Shown one piece after another: positions 38,315 to 48,532 of a DNA stretch of 64,000 nucleotides. The translations under genes and the position numbers were made by a program. Under the pieces are notes generated by a model. It worked only from the letters and a program-made list of their open reading frames with translations. It made no database searches and had not been told where the DNA came from. This DNA comes from Candidatus Omnitrophota bacterium. Lineage in GTDB: Bacteria > Omnitrophota > Gorgyraeia > JAFGHF01. Within the stretch, counting starts at the first letter, position 1, and every line of letters starts with the position of its first letter. The stretch lies in assembly GCA_043805735.1 (NCBI GenBank), contig JAZDHS010000022.1, forward strand, positions 38,950-102,949, read 5' to 3'.

Positions 38315-39571
38315 CTACGTTCCTATCTCCCAAGACGATAAATATGTCTTCTGTTCTGGCGTAAGCGTATCGATTTTCGTCCCCAGGGATTTTAGTTTTA
38401 AAGCGGCAATCTGCCGGTCTATTTCTAAAGGCACCCGATATACTTTTTTTTCCAAGGTGGTCGAATTACGGCGCACGAATTCACAAGAAAGCGCCTGATT
38501 GGCAAAGCTCATATCCATTACTGATGGCGGATGGCCATCCGCGGAGACTAGATTAATCAAGCGGCCCTCGCCTAAAACGAAAATTCGTTTCCCGCCGCTG
38601 AGCAGATATTCGTCCACATATTCGCGAATCCGTTTTTTATGTTTGGCCATTTTCTCTAAAGCCACCAAGTCAATTTCTACGTTGAAATGTCCGGCATTGG
38701 CTAAAAGCGCGCCGTCTTTCATCCGCTGAAAATGTTCCTTGCGGATGACGCTCGTATCTCCAGATACCGTCACAAAAATATCACCGATTTTCGCCGCATC
38801 CCGAAGAGGCATCACGCTATAGCCGTCCATCACCGCCTCCAGGGCCCGCAGCGGATCAACTTCGCAGACAATCACATTGGCGCCCATGCCTTTGGCGCGC
38901 ATCGCCACACCCCGGCCGCACCAGCCGTAGCCGCAAACCACAAAAGACGTTCCGGCTAAGAGCTTATTCGTAGCGCGGATAATCCCATCGATGGTAGACT
39001 GGCCGGTGCCATAGCGATTGTCAAACAGATGTTTGGTATCGGCATCATTGACCGCGATAATCGGAAAAAGCAATAACCCTTTCTTCTCCAGGCTACGCAA
39101 TCTGATTACCCCCGTGGTCGTCTCTTCCGTGCCGGCAAGTACGGTGCGCGCGAGATCTCGCCGCTGTTTGTGGATTGTCGAAACCAAATCCGCCCCGTCA
39201 TCCATCGTAACATGCGGCTGCATGTCCAGAAGGCGGTTAATATGAGCGTAATACCTCTTATTGTCTTCCCCTTTGATGGCAAAGGTAGCAATACCATAAT
39301 ATTTTACCAGCGCCGCGGCAATATCATCTTGAGTGCTCAAGGGATTGGACGCGCACAGCGCCACCTCGGCCCCGGCGGCCTTGAGCGTAATCATCAGGTT
39401 AGCGGTTTCGCAGGTTACGTGCAGACAACAGGCAACCTTGGTGTTTTTCAACGGTTTTTCCCGGATGAAACGCTCCTTGGTTAATCTCAATACCGGCATA
39501 TCCAGTTCCGCCCATTCGATCCGCAGTTTACCTTTTTGGGCCAAGGCGATATCTTTAATGTCGTATTTCAC
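38315..39571 (-). CDS. ahcY: Adenosylhomocysteinase
   Basis: [24 protein letters not shown] and GEGRLINL motifs. Confidence 0.96.
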   Translation of the reverse strand: MKYDIKDIALAQKGKLRIEWAELDMPVLRLTKERFIREKPLKNTKVACCLHVTCETANLMITLKAAGAEVALCASNPLSTQDDIAAALVKYYGIATFAIKGEDNKRYYAHINRLLDMQPHVTMDDGADLVSTIHKQRRDLARTVLAGTEETTTGVIRLRSLEKKGLLLFPIIAVNDADTKHLFDNRYGTGQSTIDGIIRATNKLLAGTSFVVCGYGWCGRGVAMRAKGMGANVIVCEVDPLRALEAVMDGYSVMPLRDAAKIGDIFVTVSGDTSVIRKEHFQRMKDGALLANAGHFNVEIDLVALEKMAKHKKRIREYVDEYLLSGGKRIFVLGEGRLINLVSADGHPPSVMDMSFANQALSCEFVRRNSTTLEKKVYRVPLEIDRQIAALKLKSLGTKIDTLTPEQKTYLSSWEIGT

Positions 39572-39599
39572 GCTTAGCTTTCCTTTCCTCTTCAGGGTT

Positions 39600-40760
39600 T
39601 TAGAGTAGTTTGCGTAACTGGGCTACCTTATCGGTTTTTTCCCAGGTGAAATGCTCATCCTCCCGGCCGAAGTGGCCATAGGCCGCGGTCTTAACATAAA
39701 TCGGCCGCAATAAATCGAGGGCCTCGATAATACCACGCGGCGTAAGAGCGAAGTGCTTGCGCACCTCCGCCGAGATTTTATCTTCGGAGACCTCACCCGT
39801 GCCATAAGTATCGACATACACGGCCAAGGGCTCGGCCTTGCCGATTACATACGCCAGCTGAATGAGGCATTTTTTGGCTAAGCCGGCGGCAACGATATTT
39901 TTGGCAATGTACCTGGCCATATAAGCCGCGGAACGGTCAACCTTGGTCGGGTCTTTACCGCTAAAGGCCCCGCCGCCATGCGAAACCGCGCCACCATAGG
40001 TATCGACGATAATTTTTCTGCCGGTCATCCCGGTATCCGACTGCGGGCCGCCGATCACAAATTTTCCAGTTTCGTTGATATAAAAATTTGTTTCTTTATC
40101 AATCCATTTACCCAATATCGGTTCGGCTACGGCTTGAATAATTTGCTTACGTGCCTTCTCCGTAATGCGTTGTCCGCTATGGTCCAAGACAGCGGGACTA
40201 TGTTGTGCGGCCAAGACCACACTATCTACACGCTTGGGTTTTCCGTTTTTATATTCAACGCAGACCTGCGATTTTCCATCGGGCCCAAGAAAATCAAGAA
40301 TCGCTTTCCGGCGCACCTCGGCCAGGCGCATACTCAGTTTATGCGCCAGCATGATCGGCAGCGGCATCAGCTCCGGCGTTTCGTCGCAGGCATAACCAAT
40401 CATGATCCCCTGGTCACCCGCCCCGCCCCGATTTACACCCTGGGCAATATCCGGCGACTGGGAGTGGATCGCGTTGAGGATAGCGCAGGACTCATAGTCA
40501 AAACCAAAATGCGCCGACGTATAGCCAATCTCCTTAATCAACTTGCGGACTATTTTATGGACATCCACATAGGCATTGGTGGTAATTTCCCCGCCTACTA
40601 TAACCAAGCCCATGCTGACAAAAGTTTCGCAGGCCACGCGGCCATTCTTATCCTGGCGCATCACCTCATCCAAAACTGAATCCGAAATTTGGTCGCTGAC
40701 TTTATCGGGATGGCCCTCGGTTACCGATTCTGAAGTTAACAGCCGTTTTTCCTTAGACAT
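39600..40760 (-). CDS. metK: S-adenosylmethionine synthetase
   Basis: [17 protein letters not shown] and [16 protein letters not shown] motifs. Confidence 0.97.
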   Translation of the reverse strand: MSKEKRLLTSESVTEGHPDKVSDQISDSVLDEVMRQDKNGRVACETFVSMGLVIVGGEITTNAYVDVHKIVRKLIKEIGYTSAHFGFDYESCAILNAIHSQSPDIAQGVNRGGAGDQGIMIGYACDETPELMPLPIMLAHKLSMRLAEVRRKAILDFLGPDGKSQVCVEYKNGKPKRVDSVVLAAQHSPAVLDHSGQRITEKARKQIIQAVAEPILGKWIDKETNFYINETGKFVIGGPQSDTGMTGRKIIVDTYGGAVSHGGGAFSGKDPTKVDRSAAYMARYIAKNIVAAGLAKKCLIQLAYVIGKAEPLAVYVDTYGTGEVSEDKISAEVRKHFALTPRGIIEALDLLRPIYVKTAAYGHFGREDEHFTWEKTDKVAQLRKLL

Positions 40761-40763
40761 TGA

Positions 40764-41649
<886 letters not shown>

Positions 41650-41652
<3 letters not shown>

Positions 41653-42720
41653 CCTTCGCTCCTTGAGCTGTTTTTTAAGATAGTCTATTCTTTCCACTGG
41701 CAGCGGATCTTCTTCATTCAACAGGGCTAAATAGTAACTGACAAAATCGCCTTTATAAATAAGCGAAAACATCCGGGCCAAAAGCCCATCGCCGCGCGAC
41801 CAGATTTCCTTAAGCGTAATCGATTCTTTCTGCAGAAGTTCGCGAGTAATGTCGATGCGTTTTTTCACCTGTGGGTGTTCGCCGGGATCGCGTAAAAAAA
41901 CCACCACAAAGCGTTCGAGTGCCGAGCGCGGATGGCGCCAGCCGACAATCTCATTATGCGTCATTTCCGGAAAAACATGCGTCGAAGAAAGCATTTTACT
42001 GTTTTCGGCCAGCTGCTGCCTCCAGCGCGTGGCCACCGCAGAAAAATGTTCATCCGCCGCGTAAATCACACAATAGTGGTCTTTGAGCCGATGAGCCAGG
42101 GTCTTGGCGGGATTCCTTTCGCTGGGTACGGCCACGCCGAAGGCTTCTTTTTCCAGCTTTTTTAAAAGCTTCACCGTCTCCCGCACTTCCTGTTCCTTAT
42201 TTTTTATCAGGCCGATGTTAGCAAAAATGGCCAGCAGCGGAAGCGATAGAAAAGCTAAGGCCGAACGCGGCGGATACCCTTGCGGCAAGAGCACACAGAG
42301 ATCGCCATTTTTTTTTGCCGCTTCAGCCAGTTCGCCCCCGCAAGTCAGGGCAATAATCTTCGCCTTTTTGCTGCGTGCCTGCTGGTAGGCGCCCAGCACC
42401 TCTTCGGTATTTCCCGAATAGCTCATTAGAATCGCCAGCGTCTCTTTACCGACATATCCCGGCAGCGTATAATCGCGGTTAACCGCGAGCGGAATACGCA
42501 GATCTTTGCGCAAATACCCGCTCATTATTTCCGCGCCGATCGCCGAACCGCCCATGCCGCAGCACACGCTATTGCGCACCTTGGCCAAAGCACGGCCCGG
42601 TGAAACATGTTTACCTAAAGCAAAGGCCTGGGTGCACTGTTGCGAAAAGGCGCCGATAATCTCGCGCATCTTCAAGCGGTCAATCCGCTCAATATATCGG
42701 GGATCATCCAGAGAACGCAC
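41650..42720 (-). CDS. Bifunctional phosphoglucose/phosphomannose isomerase
   Basis: GMGGSAIG, SYSGNTEE, ENSK and PEMTHNEI motifs. Confidence 0.92.
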
Positions 42721-42722
42721 GG

Positions 42723-44468
42723 TTATGGGATTATCTCCTTCATTTTTTTCTTGGCAAACTCTTCCACTTCCCGGCCCGTAGTCAGGGTGAGCGCCTGGTT
42801 AGCGATTTCCTGAGCCTGCTTAAGCGATATCAGACGAATGATCTGTTTAATTCCCGGAACCGCCGCCGGGGAAACGCTGAATTCATCCAGGCCAAAACCT
42901 AACAGTAAAACCGCGAACGCCGGTTCGGAAGCCATTTCTCCGCACATCCCCACCCAGATATTTTCCTTATGCCCGCAGTCAATAACATTTTTGATCAAAC
43001 GCAATACCGCCGGGTGTGTCGGTTCATATAAATAGGCGATTTTTTCATTGACCCGATCCACGGCAATCGAATACTGGATTAAGTCATTGGTACCAATGCT
43101 AAAGAAATCAGCTTCTTTCGCCAGTATATCGCTGGTCAGGGCGGCGGAAGGAATTTCGATCATTGCCCCCACTTCCAAATCTTCATCAAAGGCAATCTTT
43201 TGCCGGCGTAAATCTTCCCTGACTTCTTCTAACATCTGATTGGCTTTACGCAATTCCTCGATCCCGGAGATCATCGGATACATCAGTTTCAAATCTCCGT
43301 ACGCTGAGGCCCTTAAGGCCGCCCGTAGCTGCACCTTAAACACATCGGGCCGGGCCAGGCAAAAGCGGATCGCCCGCCAGCCAAGGTAGGGGTTCATCTC
43401 ATGCGGAATGTGCAGCTGGGAGAGAAATTTATCGCCGCCTAAATCGAGCGTTCGGACAACTACCGAATGAGGCTTGACCTGCTGCAGCACTTTCTTATAG
43501 GCCTCAAATTGCTCATCTTCTCCCGGTAAATCGGCCCGGTTCATATAGAAATACTCCGTCCTGTACAAACCTACCCCGCACGCCCCGTGAGCAATGACCG
43601 AAGGAACCTCATTGGGCAATTCGATGTTCGCCGCTAATTTCAGTTCGTAACCATCGGTCGTCGTCGCCGGTAAATCGCGCAACTTGAACAAAGTTTTTAC
43701 CGAGCGGGTTAGCTGTTCACCCTGCTGTTTGTATTTTGCCAGGATCGCCTTATCCGGGTTAATCCAGACTTCTCCCGACGCGCCGTCAACGATGAGGACA
43801 TCGCCGGTAATAATTTTGGCCGTGGCATCTTCCAAACCCACCACTGCCGGAATTTCCAGGGCCTTGGCCATGATCGCGGTATGCGAGGTCTTACCGCCGA
43901 TATCAGTAATAAAACCAATAACCTTATCCTTGTGCATTGAGGCCGTATCCGAAGGCGAAAGGTCATAGGCAACAATAATCAGTTTTTCTTTGAGGCTACT
44001 TAATAACTCGCGCCGGACACCGCGTAGATTACGTAAAATGCGCCGGCCGACGTCTTCAATATCACTTAAGCGTTCGCGCAAATAGGTGTCGTCGATATGC
44101 GCAAAGGTATTAATATATTTATTCAGCACCTGCAGAAAAACATACTCAATACAGAGCTTTTCCTTCTTCAAGCGGGTAATTACCCCTTCGATCAAGGTCC
44201 GATCTTCGAGAACCAAAAGGTGGGCGTTAAAAATTTGGGCATGGCGCACGCCCATTTCCTTGGAAATCTTTTTCTGGATATCCAGGATTTCCTCGCGCGT
44301 CTTCATCAAGGCTTCTTCAAAGCGGGTAATCTCTTTAGGGATTTGCGCCTCAGTGATAGGCTCTTTATCCACTTCCATCGATTCACTGCCTAAGACAAAG
44401 GCCTGGCCAATTACCAATCCCGGAGCCGCCGGTATGCCCTTTATGTGCAGATTCTGCTTTTTGGTCAT
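42723..44468 (-). CDS. ptsI: PTS enzyme I
   Basis: GGKTSHTAIMA, GLYRTE, RTLDLGGDK, FSIGTNDL and MCGE motifs. Confidence 0.96.
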   Translation of the reverse strand: MTKKQNLHIKGIPAAPGLVIGQAFVLGSESMEVDKEPITEAQIPKEITRFEEALMKTREEILDIQKKISKEMGVRHAQIFNAHLLVLEDRTLIEGVITRLKKEKLCIEYVFLQVLNKYINTFAHIDDTYLRERLSDIEDVGRRILRNLRGVRRELLSSLKEKLIIVAYDLSPSDTASMHKDKVIGFITDIGGKTSHTAIMAKALEIPAVVGLEDATAKIITGDVLIVDGASGEVWINPDKAILAKYKQQGEQLTRSVKTLFKLRDLPATTTDGYELKLAANIELPNEVPSVIAHGACGVGLYRTEYFYMNRADLPGEDEQFEAYKKVLQQVKPHSVVVRTLDLGGDKFLSQLHIPHEMNPYLGWRAIRFCLARPDVFKVQLRAALRASAYGDLKLMYPMISGIEELRKANQMLEEVREDLRRQKIAFDEDLEVGAMIEIPSAALTSDILAKEADFFSIGTNDLIQYSIAVDRVNEKIAYLYEPTHPAVLRLIKNVIDCGHKENIWVGMCGEMASEPAFAVLLLGFGLDEFSVSPAAVPGIKQIIRLISLKQAQEIANQALTLTTGREVEEFAKKKMKEIIP

Positions 44469-44743
44469 TCTTCGCTCATTACTAATTTGGACAATTCTTC
44501 CACTGCCTGTTGGGCATCCTCGCCCTTGGCAATAATATAAATTTTACTCCCCTGAGTAGCCGCCAGCATCATAATCCCCATAATTGATTTGCCGTTTACT
44601 TCCTCGTCATCCTTTTGCACGGTAATCTCGGCCTCAAATTTATTAGCCAGCTGGACAAATAATGCCGCCGGCCGCGCATGCAGGCCCATCTTATTGCGCA
44701 CAATCATCTCTTTTCGAACCACCGCCGGATTAAAGTTGTTCAT
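44465..44743 (-). CDS. ptsH: Phosphocarrier HPr
   Basis: GLHARPA and NGKSIMG motifs. Confidence 0.95.
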   Translation of the reverse strand: MNNFNPAVVRKEMIVRNKMGLHARPAALFVQLANKFEAEITVQKDDEEVNGKSIMGIMMLAATQGSKIYIIAKGEDAQQAVEELSKLVMSEE

Positions 44744-45965
44744 AGGTTTTGGTATTGAGTAAATCTAAAATAATTTTGGTTAATTTTTGTGAGTCGTGGC
44801 GTACATAATCCAGGGCGTTGACTAAATTATCCTTAATCACGCTAAAGCCCATCTCCTGGACTTTATCGGTATCCGCAAGAACCGGATAGGCATCCTCCAA
44901 CTTGTATTTTTCCAGAAATTCAGCCGGTATTTCCGCGGCGTTGAGGATACAGTAATTAAACACCTTGGATTTGGCGTGCGCAACAATCGCCTCCACATGG
45001 TCAGAGGCGCGATAATTATCGGTTTCGCCGCTTTGGGTCATAATATTGCAAATATAGACTTTGATTGCCGGTGATCCTAAAATAGCCTTAGTGATATCTT
45101 CGATCAGTAAATTGGGAATAATGCTGGTATAGAGCGATCCCGGACCGAAAATAATTATTTCGGCCCGGCTAATCGCGTTAATTGCCTCGGGAGTAGCCAG
45201 ACATTTTTTTTGATTGAGAGAAATCCGGTGAATTTGCTTCTTTTCGCGGGCAATTTTACTTTCTCCCAAGACCTTAGACCCGTCTTCATATTCGGCAATC
45301 AGCCTGACCTCTTGCAGCGTTGAGGGAATCACCTGCCCGCGAATTGCCAAAACCTTACTCGATTCCTTCACCGCGCGTTCAAAATCTCCGGTGACCTTGG
45401 TCATCGCGGTAATAAAGAGGTTACCGAAGCTGTGCCCGTCAAGCTCAGCCTTGCCCCCGAAACGAAACTGGAACAAATTTCGCATCAAAGGCTCGGTATC
45501 GGCCAGGGCTACCAAGCAGTTACGAATATCGCCGGGGGCCACCAGGCCAAATTGTTCTCGTAAACGCCCGGAGCTACCGCCTTCATCGGCAACGGTAACA
45601 ACGGCCGTAATATTACTGGTATATTCTTTTAGGCCCACCAAAAGCGTGGATAACCCCGTCCCCCCGCCAATCGCCACAATCCGCGGGCCCTTGGCCAACT
45701 GTCTTTTGCGATAAATCATATCGAGGATTTTTCCGTCTTCCCGGGGTAAAAAGGCATAGAGAAAAGATTTTACTGTCCTTTCCAAACCGACAAAAATAAT
45801 AATCACACCCAGAAAAAGACTAAAACCTCCCAGGACGCGCACTCCGACATAATCGGGATTGATCAAATCGATTGAGCCGACGGATACCATAGCAATGCCC
45901 AGCACGCACATCAATACCCAGCGCTTAATCTTAATCCCCGGATAGAGCCACTTAAATCTTTCCAT
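44730..45965 (-). CDS. YvcK/GlmR family protein with N-terminal TM segments
   Basis: IGGGTGLS, VADEGGSSG, PGDIRNC, GHSFGNL and GPGSLYTS motifs. Confidence 0.92.
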   Translation of the reverse strand: MERFKWLYPGIKIKRWVLMCVLGIAMVSVGSIDLINPDYVGVRVLGGFSLFLGVIIIFVGLERTVKSFLYAFLPREDGKILDMIYRKRQLAKGPRIVAIGGGTGLSTLLVGLKEYTSNITAVVTVADEGGSSGRLREQFGLVAPGDIRNCLVALADTEPLMRNLFQFRFGGKAELDGHSFGNLFITAMTKVTGDFERAVKESSKVLAIRGQVIPSTLQEVRLIAEYEDGSKVLGESKIAREKKQIHRISLNQKKCLATPEAINAISRAEIIIFGPGSLYTSIIPNLLIEDITKAILGSPAIKVYICNIMTQSGETDNYRASDHVEAIVAHAKSKVFNYCILNAAEIPAEFLEKYKLEDAYPVLADTDKVQEMGFSVIKDNLVNALDYVRHDSQKLTKIILDLLNTKTYEQL

Positions 45966-45990
45966 GATCCTAAGTAAAGAGCCTTTGGCC

Positions 45991-46458
45991 TTATTTTTTC
46001 AGATCTTCTTGCTTGATGATTTTAACAAGCGTTTTATCGTCTAGGGCAGCTCGAAGTGTTTCACGAAAATACTTGTCTTTTAAAAGCCGGGAAACCCTCG
46101 CCAGGGCCTTCAGGTGCGGTCCAGCCGAATCCTCCGGGGCTAGAAGTAAGAAAAAGATATATACCTTTTCTCCGTCTAGAGATTCAAAATCCACGCCTTT
46201 ATGCGAAATGCCACAGGCGCCGATAAGTTTATTCACTCCGGGATACTTGCCGTGAGGAATACCGATTCCCTGGCCAATTCCGGTTGAACCCAGGGCCTCA
46301 CGTTCGAGCAGCACCTTAATTACCTTATCTTTATCTTTAGCCTTGATTTCGTCCGCAGCGATCAAAAGATCGACGAGTTCACGAATGGCCTCCTTTTTAT
46401 CAGTGGACTCGATATTCGCACTTACGGCTACGGGGTTGAGAAATTCCATAATCTTCAT
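45991..46458 (-). CDS. ptsN: PTS EIIA(Ntr)-like protein
   Basis: EREALGSTGIG.GIGIPH and HLKALA motifs; start re-called at MKIMEF because the longer ORF runs into tRNA-Gly. Confidence 0.88.
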   Translation of the reverse strand: MKIMEFLNPVAVSANIESTDKKEAIRELVDLLIAADEIKAKDKDKVIKVLLEREALGSTGIGQGIGIPHGKYPGVNKLIGACGISHKGVDFESLDGEKVYIFFLLLAPEDSAGPHLKALARVSRLLKDKYFRETLRAALDDKTLVKIIKQEDLKK

Positions 46459-46515
46459 TCTTTCCTGCTCCTTTCTCCGTCCTCTCTTATAGCCAAAAGA
46501 TCCTCTTAAAATCAA

Positions 46516-46591
46516 TGGAGCGGGCGATGGGGTTCGAACCCACGACAACAACGTTGGCAACGTTGTGCTCTACCAACTGAGCTACGCCCGC
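46516..46591 (-). tRNA. tRNA-Gly(GCC)
   Basis: GCGGGCGTAGCTCAGTTGGTAGAGC...TT GCC AA...GGTTCGAACCC...CCA; 76 nt. Confidence 0.96.
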
Positions 46592-46615
46592 TGGTTTAGT
46601 TTATGCTTTAGAATA

Positions 46616-46700
46616 TGGTGCGGACGAAGGGAGTTGAACCCCCACGGGTTTCCCCACAAGATCCTAAGTCTTGCGCGTCTGCCAATTCCGCCACGTCCGC
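46616..46700 (-). tRNA. tRNA-Leu(TAG)
   Basis: GCGGACGTGGCGGAATTGGCAGACGC...CT TAG GA; long variable arm; CCA end; 85 nt. Confidence 0.96.
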
Positions 46701-46717
46701 CCGCCTTCTTCTTACCG

Positions 46718-46793
46718 TGGTACCCCCACAAGGATTCGAACCTTGGACCTTGTCCTTAAGAGGGACCTGCTCTGCCAACTGAGCTATGGGGGC
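46718..46793 (-). tRNA. tRNA-Lys(CTT)
   Basis: GCCCCCATAGCTCAG...GTCC CT CTT AA GGAC...GTTCGAATC...CCA. Confidence 0.93.
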
Positions 46794-46820
46794 TCCTGCT
46801 ATATGCTAATAAGGTGGATA

Positions 46821-46849
46821 ATTATAACATAAAGAGAAAAGCTGGTCAA
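46821..46849 (-). promoter_or_regulatory. Sigma70 promoter of the tRNA-Lys/Leu/Gly cluster
   Basis: TTGACC-17 nt-TATAAT. Confidence 0.75.
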
Positions 46850-46865
46850 TTAAAATGGTGTTCAG

Positions 46866-46931
46866 CGAATCCTAACCGGCCAAAAATTTCCTCACCACAA
46901 GACGGTTCGGAAATTTCTTGGCCAGGATTCG
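46866..46931. repeat. Long imperfect hairpin between tRNA genes
   Basis: CGAATCCT-AACC-GGCCAAAAATTTCC...GGAAATTTCTTGGCC-AGGATTCG. Confidence 0.65.
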
Positions 46932-46983
46932 ATGTAAAATTAAAAAGCACCACTACATATGATAAAAGAGCTTTTTAATTTTA

Positions 46984-47060
46984 TGGCGCGCTCGGCAGGA
47001 CTCGAACCTGCGACCAACTGGTTCGAAGCCAGCTACTCTATCCAACTGAGCTACGAGCGC
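46984..47060 (-). tRNA. tRNA-Arg(TCG)
   Basis: GCGCTCGTAGCTCAGTTGGATAGAGT...CTGG CT TCG AA CCAG...GGTTCGAGTCC...CCA; 77 nt. Confidence 0.94.
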
Positions 47061-47087
47061 ACCCAATAGCGTCATTTATAAAGTGTT

Positions 47088-47116
47088 ATTATAGCTTAAG
47101 TTCCCCCGCTTGTCCA
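47088..47116 (-). promoter_or_regulatory. Sigma70 promoter of tRNA-Arg
   Basis: TGGACA-17 nt-TATAAT. Confidence 0.7.
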
Positions 47117-47121
47117 CCTTC

Positions 47122-47208
47122 TTAGACCTTTCATTATTATGGAATGATGAAAGTCTACCCTTTAGGGTTAGACCCCTGCTTAAAGCTAGGGTTTACCCTT
47201 TAGGGTTA
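47122..47208 (-). mobile_element. Family B palindromic element, tandem of two units (38 + 46 bp)
   Basis: Two head-to-tail TAACCCTAAAGGGTA... units sharing TAA junctions; overlaps the M48 peptidase 3' end. Confidence 0.8.
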
Positions 47209-48430
47209 TCGCCTGGATTCTTGCCAATACCGGGGGATGGCTGTAGTCAAATAGTACTTTTAAGCGATGTGGTGTAAGGTTGGATAAATTAGCGACGGTC
47301 AGTTTTTTCAGGGCCTCAATAAAGGCATCGGGCCGGAAATAGGTTTTCGCGACGTAGGCATCGGCCTCATATTCGTGCCGGCGGGAGGAGGCCTGGCCGA
47401 TTAAAGAAAACAGTAGATTCAAGGGGCTATAAAGAAAGCTGAAAAAGAAAAGGCTGGCATAAACAGAAATATGCGCCATGCCAAAGGCGGCAAAGAGCTT
47501 GGGGCTATTCATGAATAACGAGAGAATAAAAAACATCACTCCGTTGGTAGCCACGGAAAAGGCCAGTTGTTTAAGCAGGTGCCTTTTTTTGCAATGCCCC
47601 ACTTCGTGGGCAAGCACAGCGACTAATTCCTCCACGCTGTGCTTAGCGATGAGCGTATCAAACAAGGCAATTCTTTTGGACTTGCCAATCCCGGTAAAAA
47701 AGGCATTGGTTTTTGCCGACCGCCGGGAGGCGTCGATGCTAAAAATACCCTTAATTTTATACTCTTCCTTACGGGCATAGTTTTCGATAGCCTCTTTGAG
47801 CTCGCCCTCGGGCAAAGGGGTAAATTTATTAAACAGCGGCAAAATCACTAACGGGCCGATAAACAAAACAAAAACTTGAAACACGCTCGCCGCAATCCAG
47901 CAATAGATCCAGGCCTTTTGCCCAGACCAGTTGAAAAACCACAACACTAGTGAAAAGATGATTGCCCCGAGCACGCTGCTGACTAATAATCCTTTAACGA
48001 CATCGAGAATGAAAGTTTTTACGCTGGAGCGGTTGAAACCAAACTTCTCCTCAATTACGAATGTATGATATGCGGTAAAAAGAATATTTATCAGTTGGCC
48101 AAGCACAAGCAGCGCTCCGGCAAAGAGTAATCCGGTCAATACCGGCCCGTAGCCGGCTCCCCGGGCCAGGCGGTCCACTATATTGAATCCACCGCTTAGA
48201 ATAAAGACAATCAGCGCAGCAGTGTAGAAAGTATTTTTAACCAGCGCAAAACGGGTGTTTTGCCTTAAATACTGCTGCGACTTTTTGTACTGCGCGACAT
48301 CATAATACCCGATAAATTCCTCTGGCAGTTCGGGTGATGCCGCACGAATGTTTAAACTCTCAACGAATAAATTCAAAATATATTCGGTAATTAAGATGCC
48401 CAAAACAAAGACAAGATAGATATTCAGCAT
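47186..48430 (-). CDS. M48 family (Ste24-like) membrane zinc metallopeptidase
   Basis: NAFFTG, AHEVGH, EYEAD and YSHPP motifs. Confidence 0.93.
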   Translation of the reverse strand: MLNIYLVFVLGILITEYILNLFVESLNIRAASPELPEEFIGYYDVAQYKKSQQYLRQNTRFALVKNTFYTAALIVFILSGGFNIVDRLARGAGYGPVLTGLLFAGALLVLGQLINILFTAYHTFVIEEKFGFNRSSVKTFILDVVKGLLVSSVLGAIIFSLVLWFFNWSGQKAWIYCWIAASVFQVFVLFIGPLVILPLFNKFTPLPEGELKEAIENYARKEEYKIKGIFSIDASRRSAKTNAFFTGIGKSKRIALFDTLIAKHSVEELVAVLAHEVGHCKKRHLLKQLAFSVATNGVMFFILSLFMNSPKLFAAFGMAHISVYASLFFFSFLYSPLNLLFSLIGQASSRRHEYEADAYVAKTYFRPDAFIEALKKLTVANLSNLTPHRLKVLFDYSHPPVLARIQAITLKGKP

Positions 48431-48458
48431 AACTATAACTCGCTTATATAAAAAACGT

Positions 48459-48506
48459 AAAAGAAAAAAGCAGGCAGCCCCAAGAACTTCTCTTGAGGCT
48501 GCCTGC
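48459..48506 (-). terminator. Intrinsic terminator after TrpB2
   Basis: GCAGGCAGCC/GGCTGCCTGC stem followed by TTTTTTCTTTT on the minus strand. Confidence 0.8.
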
Positions 48507-48532
48507 GCAAATGCTTAAACGGCATGATGCGT

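Noticed and set aside
46459-46560. N-terminal extension of the EIIA ORF
   Set aside because: It overlaps tRNA-Gly; a better start with an RBS is at 46458.
46516-47060. tRNA cluster as the integration site of a genomic island
   Set aside because: I found no duplicated tRNA 3' end and no integrase nearby; flanking genes look like ordinary chromosomal genes.
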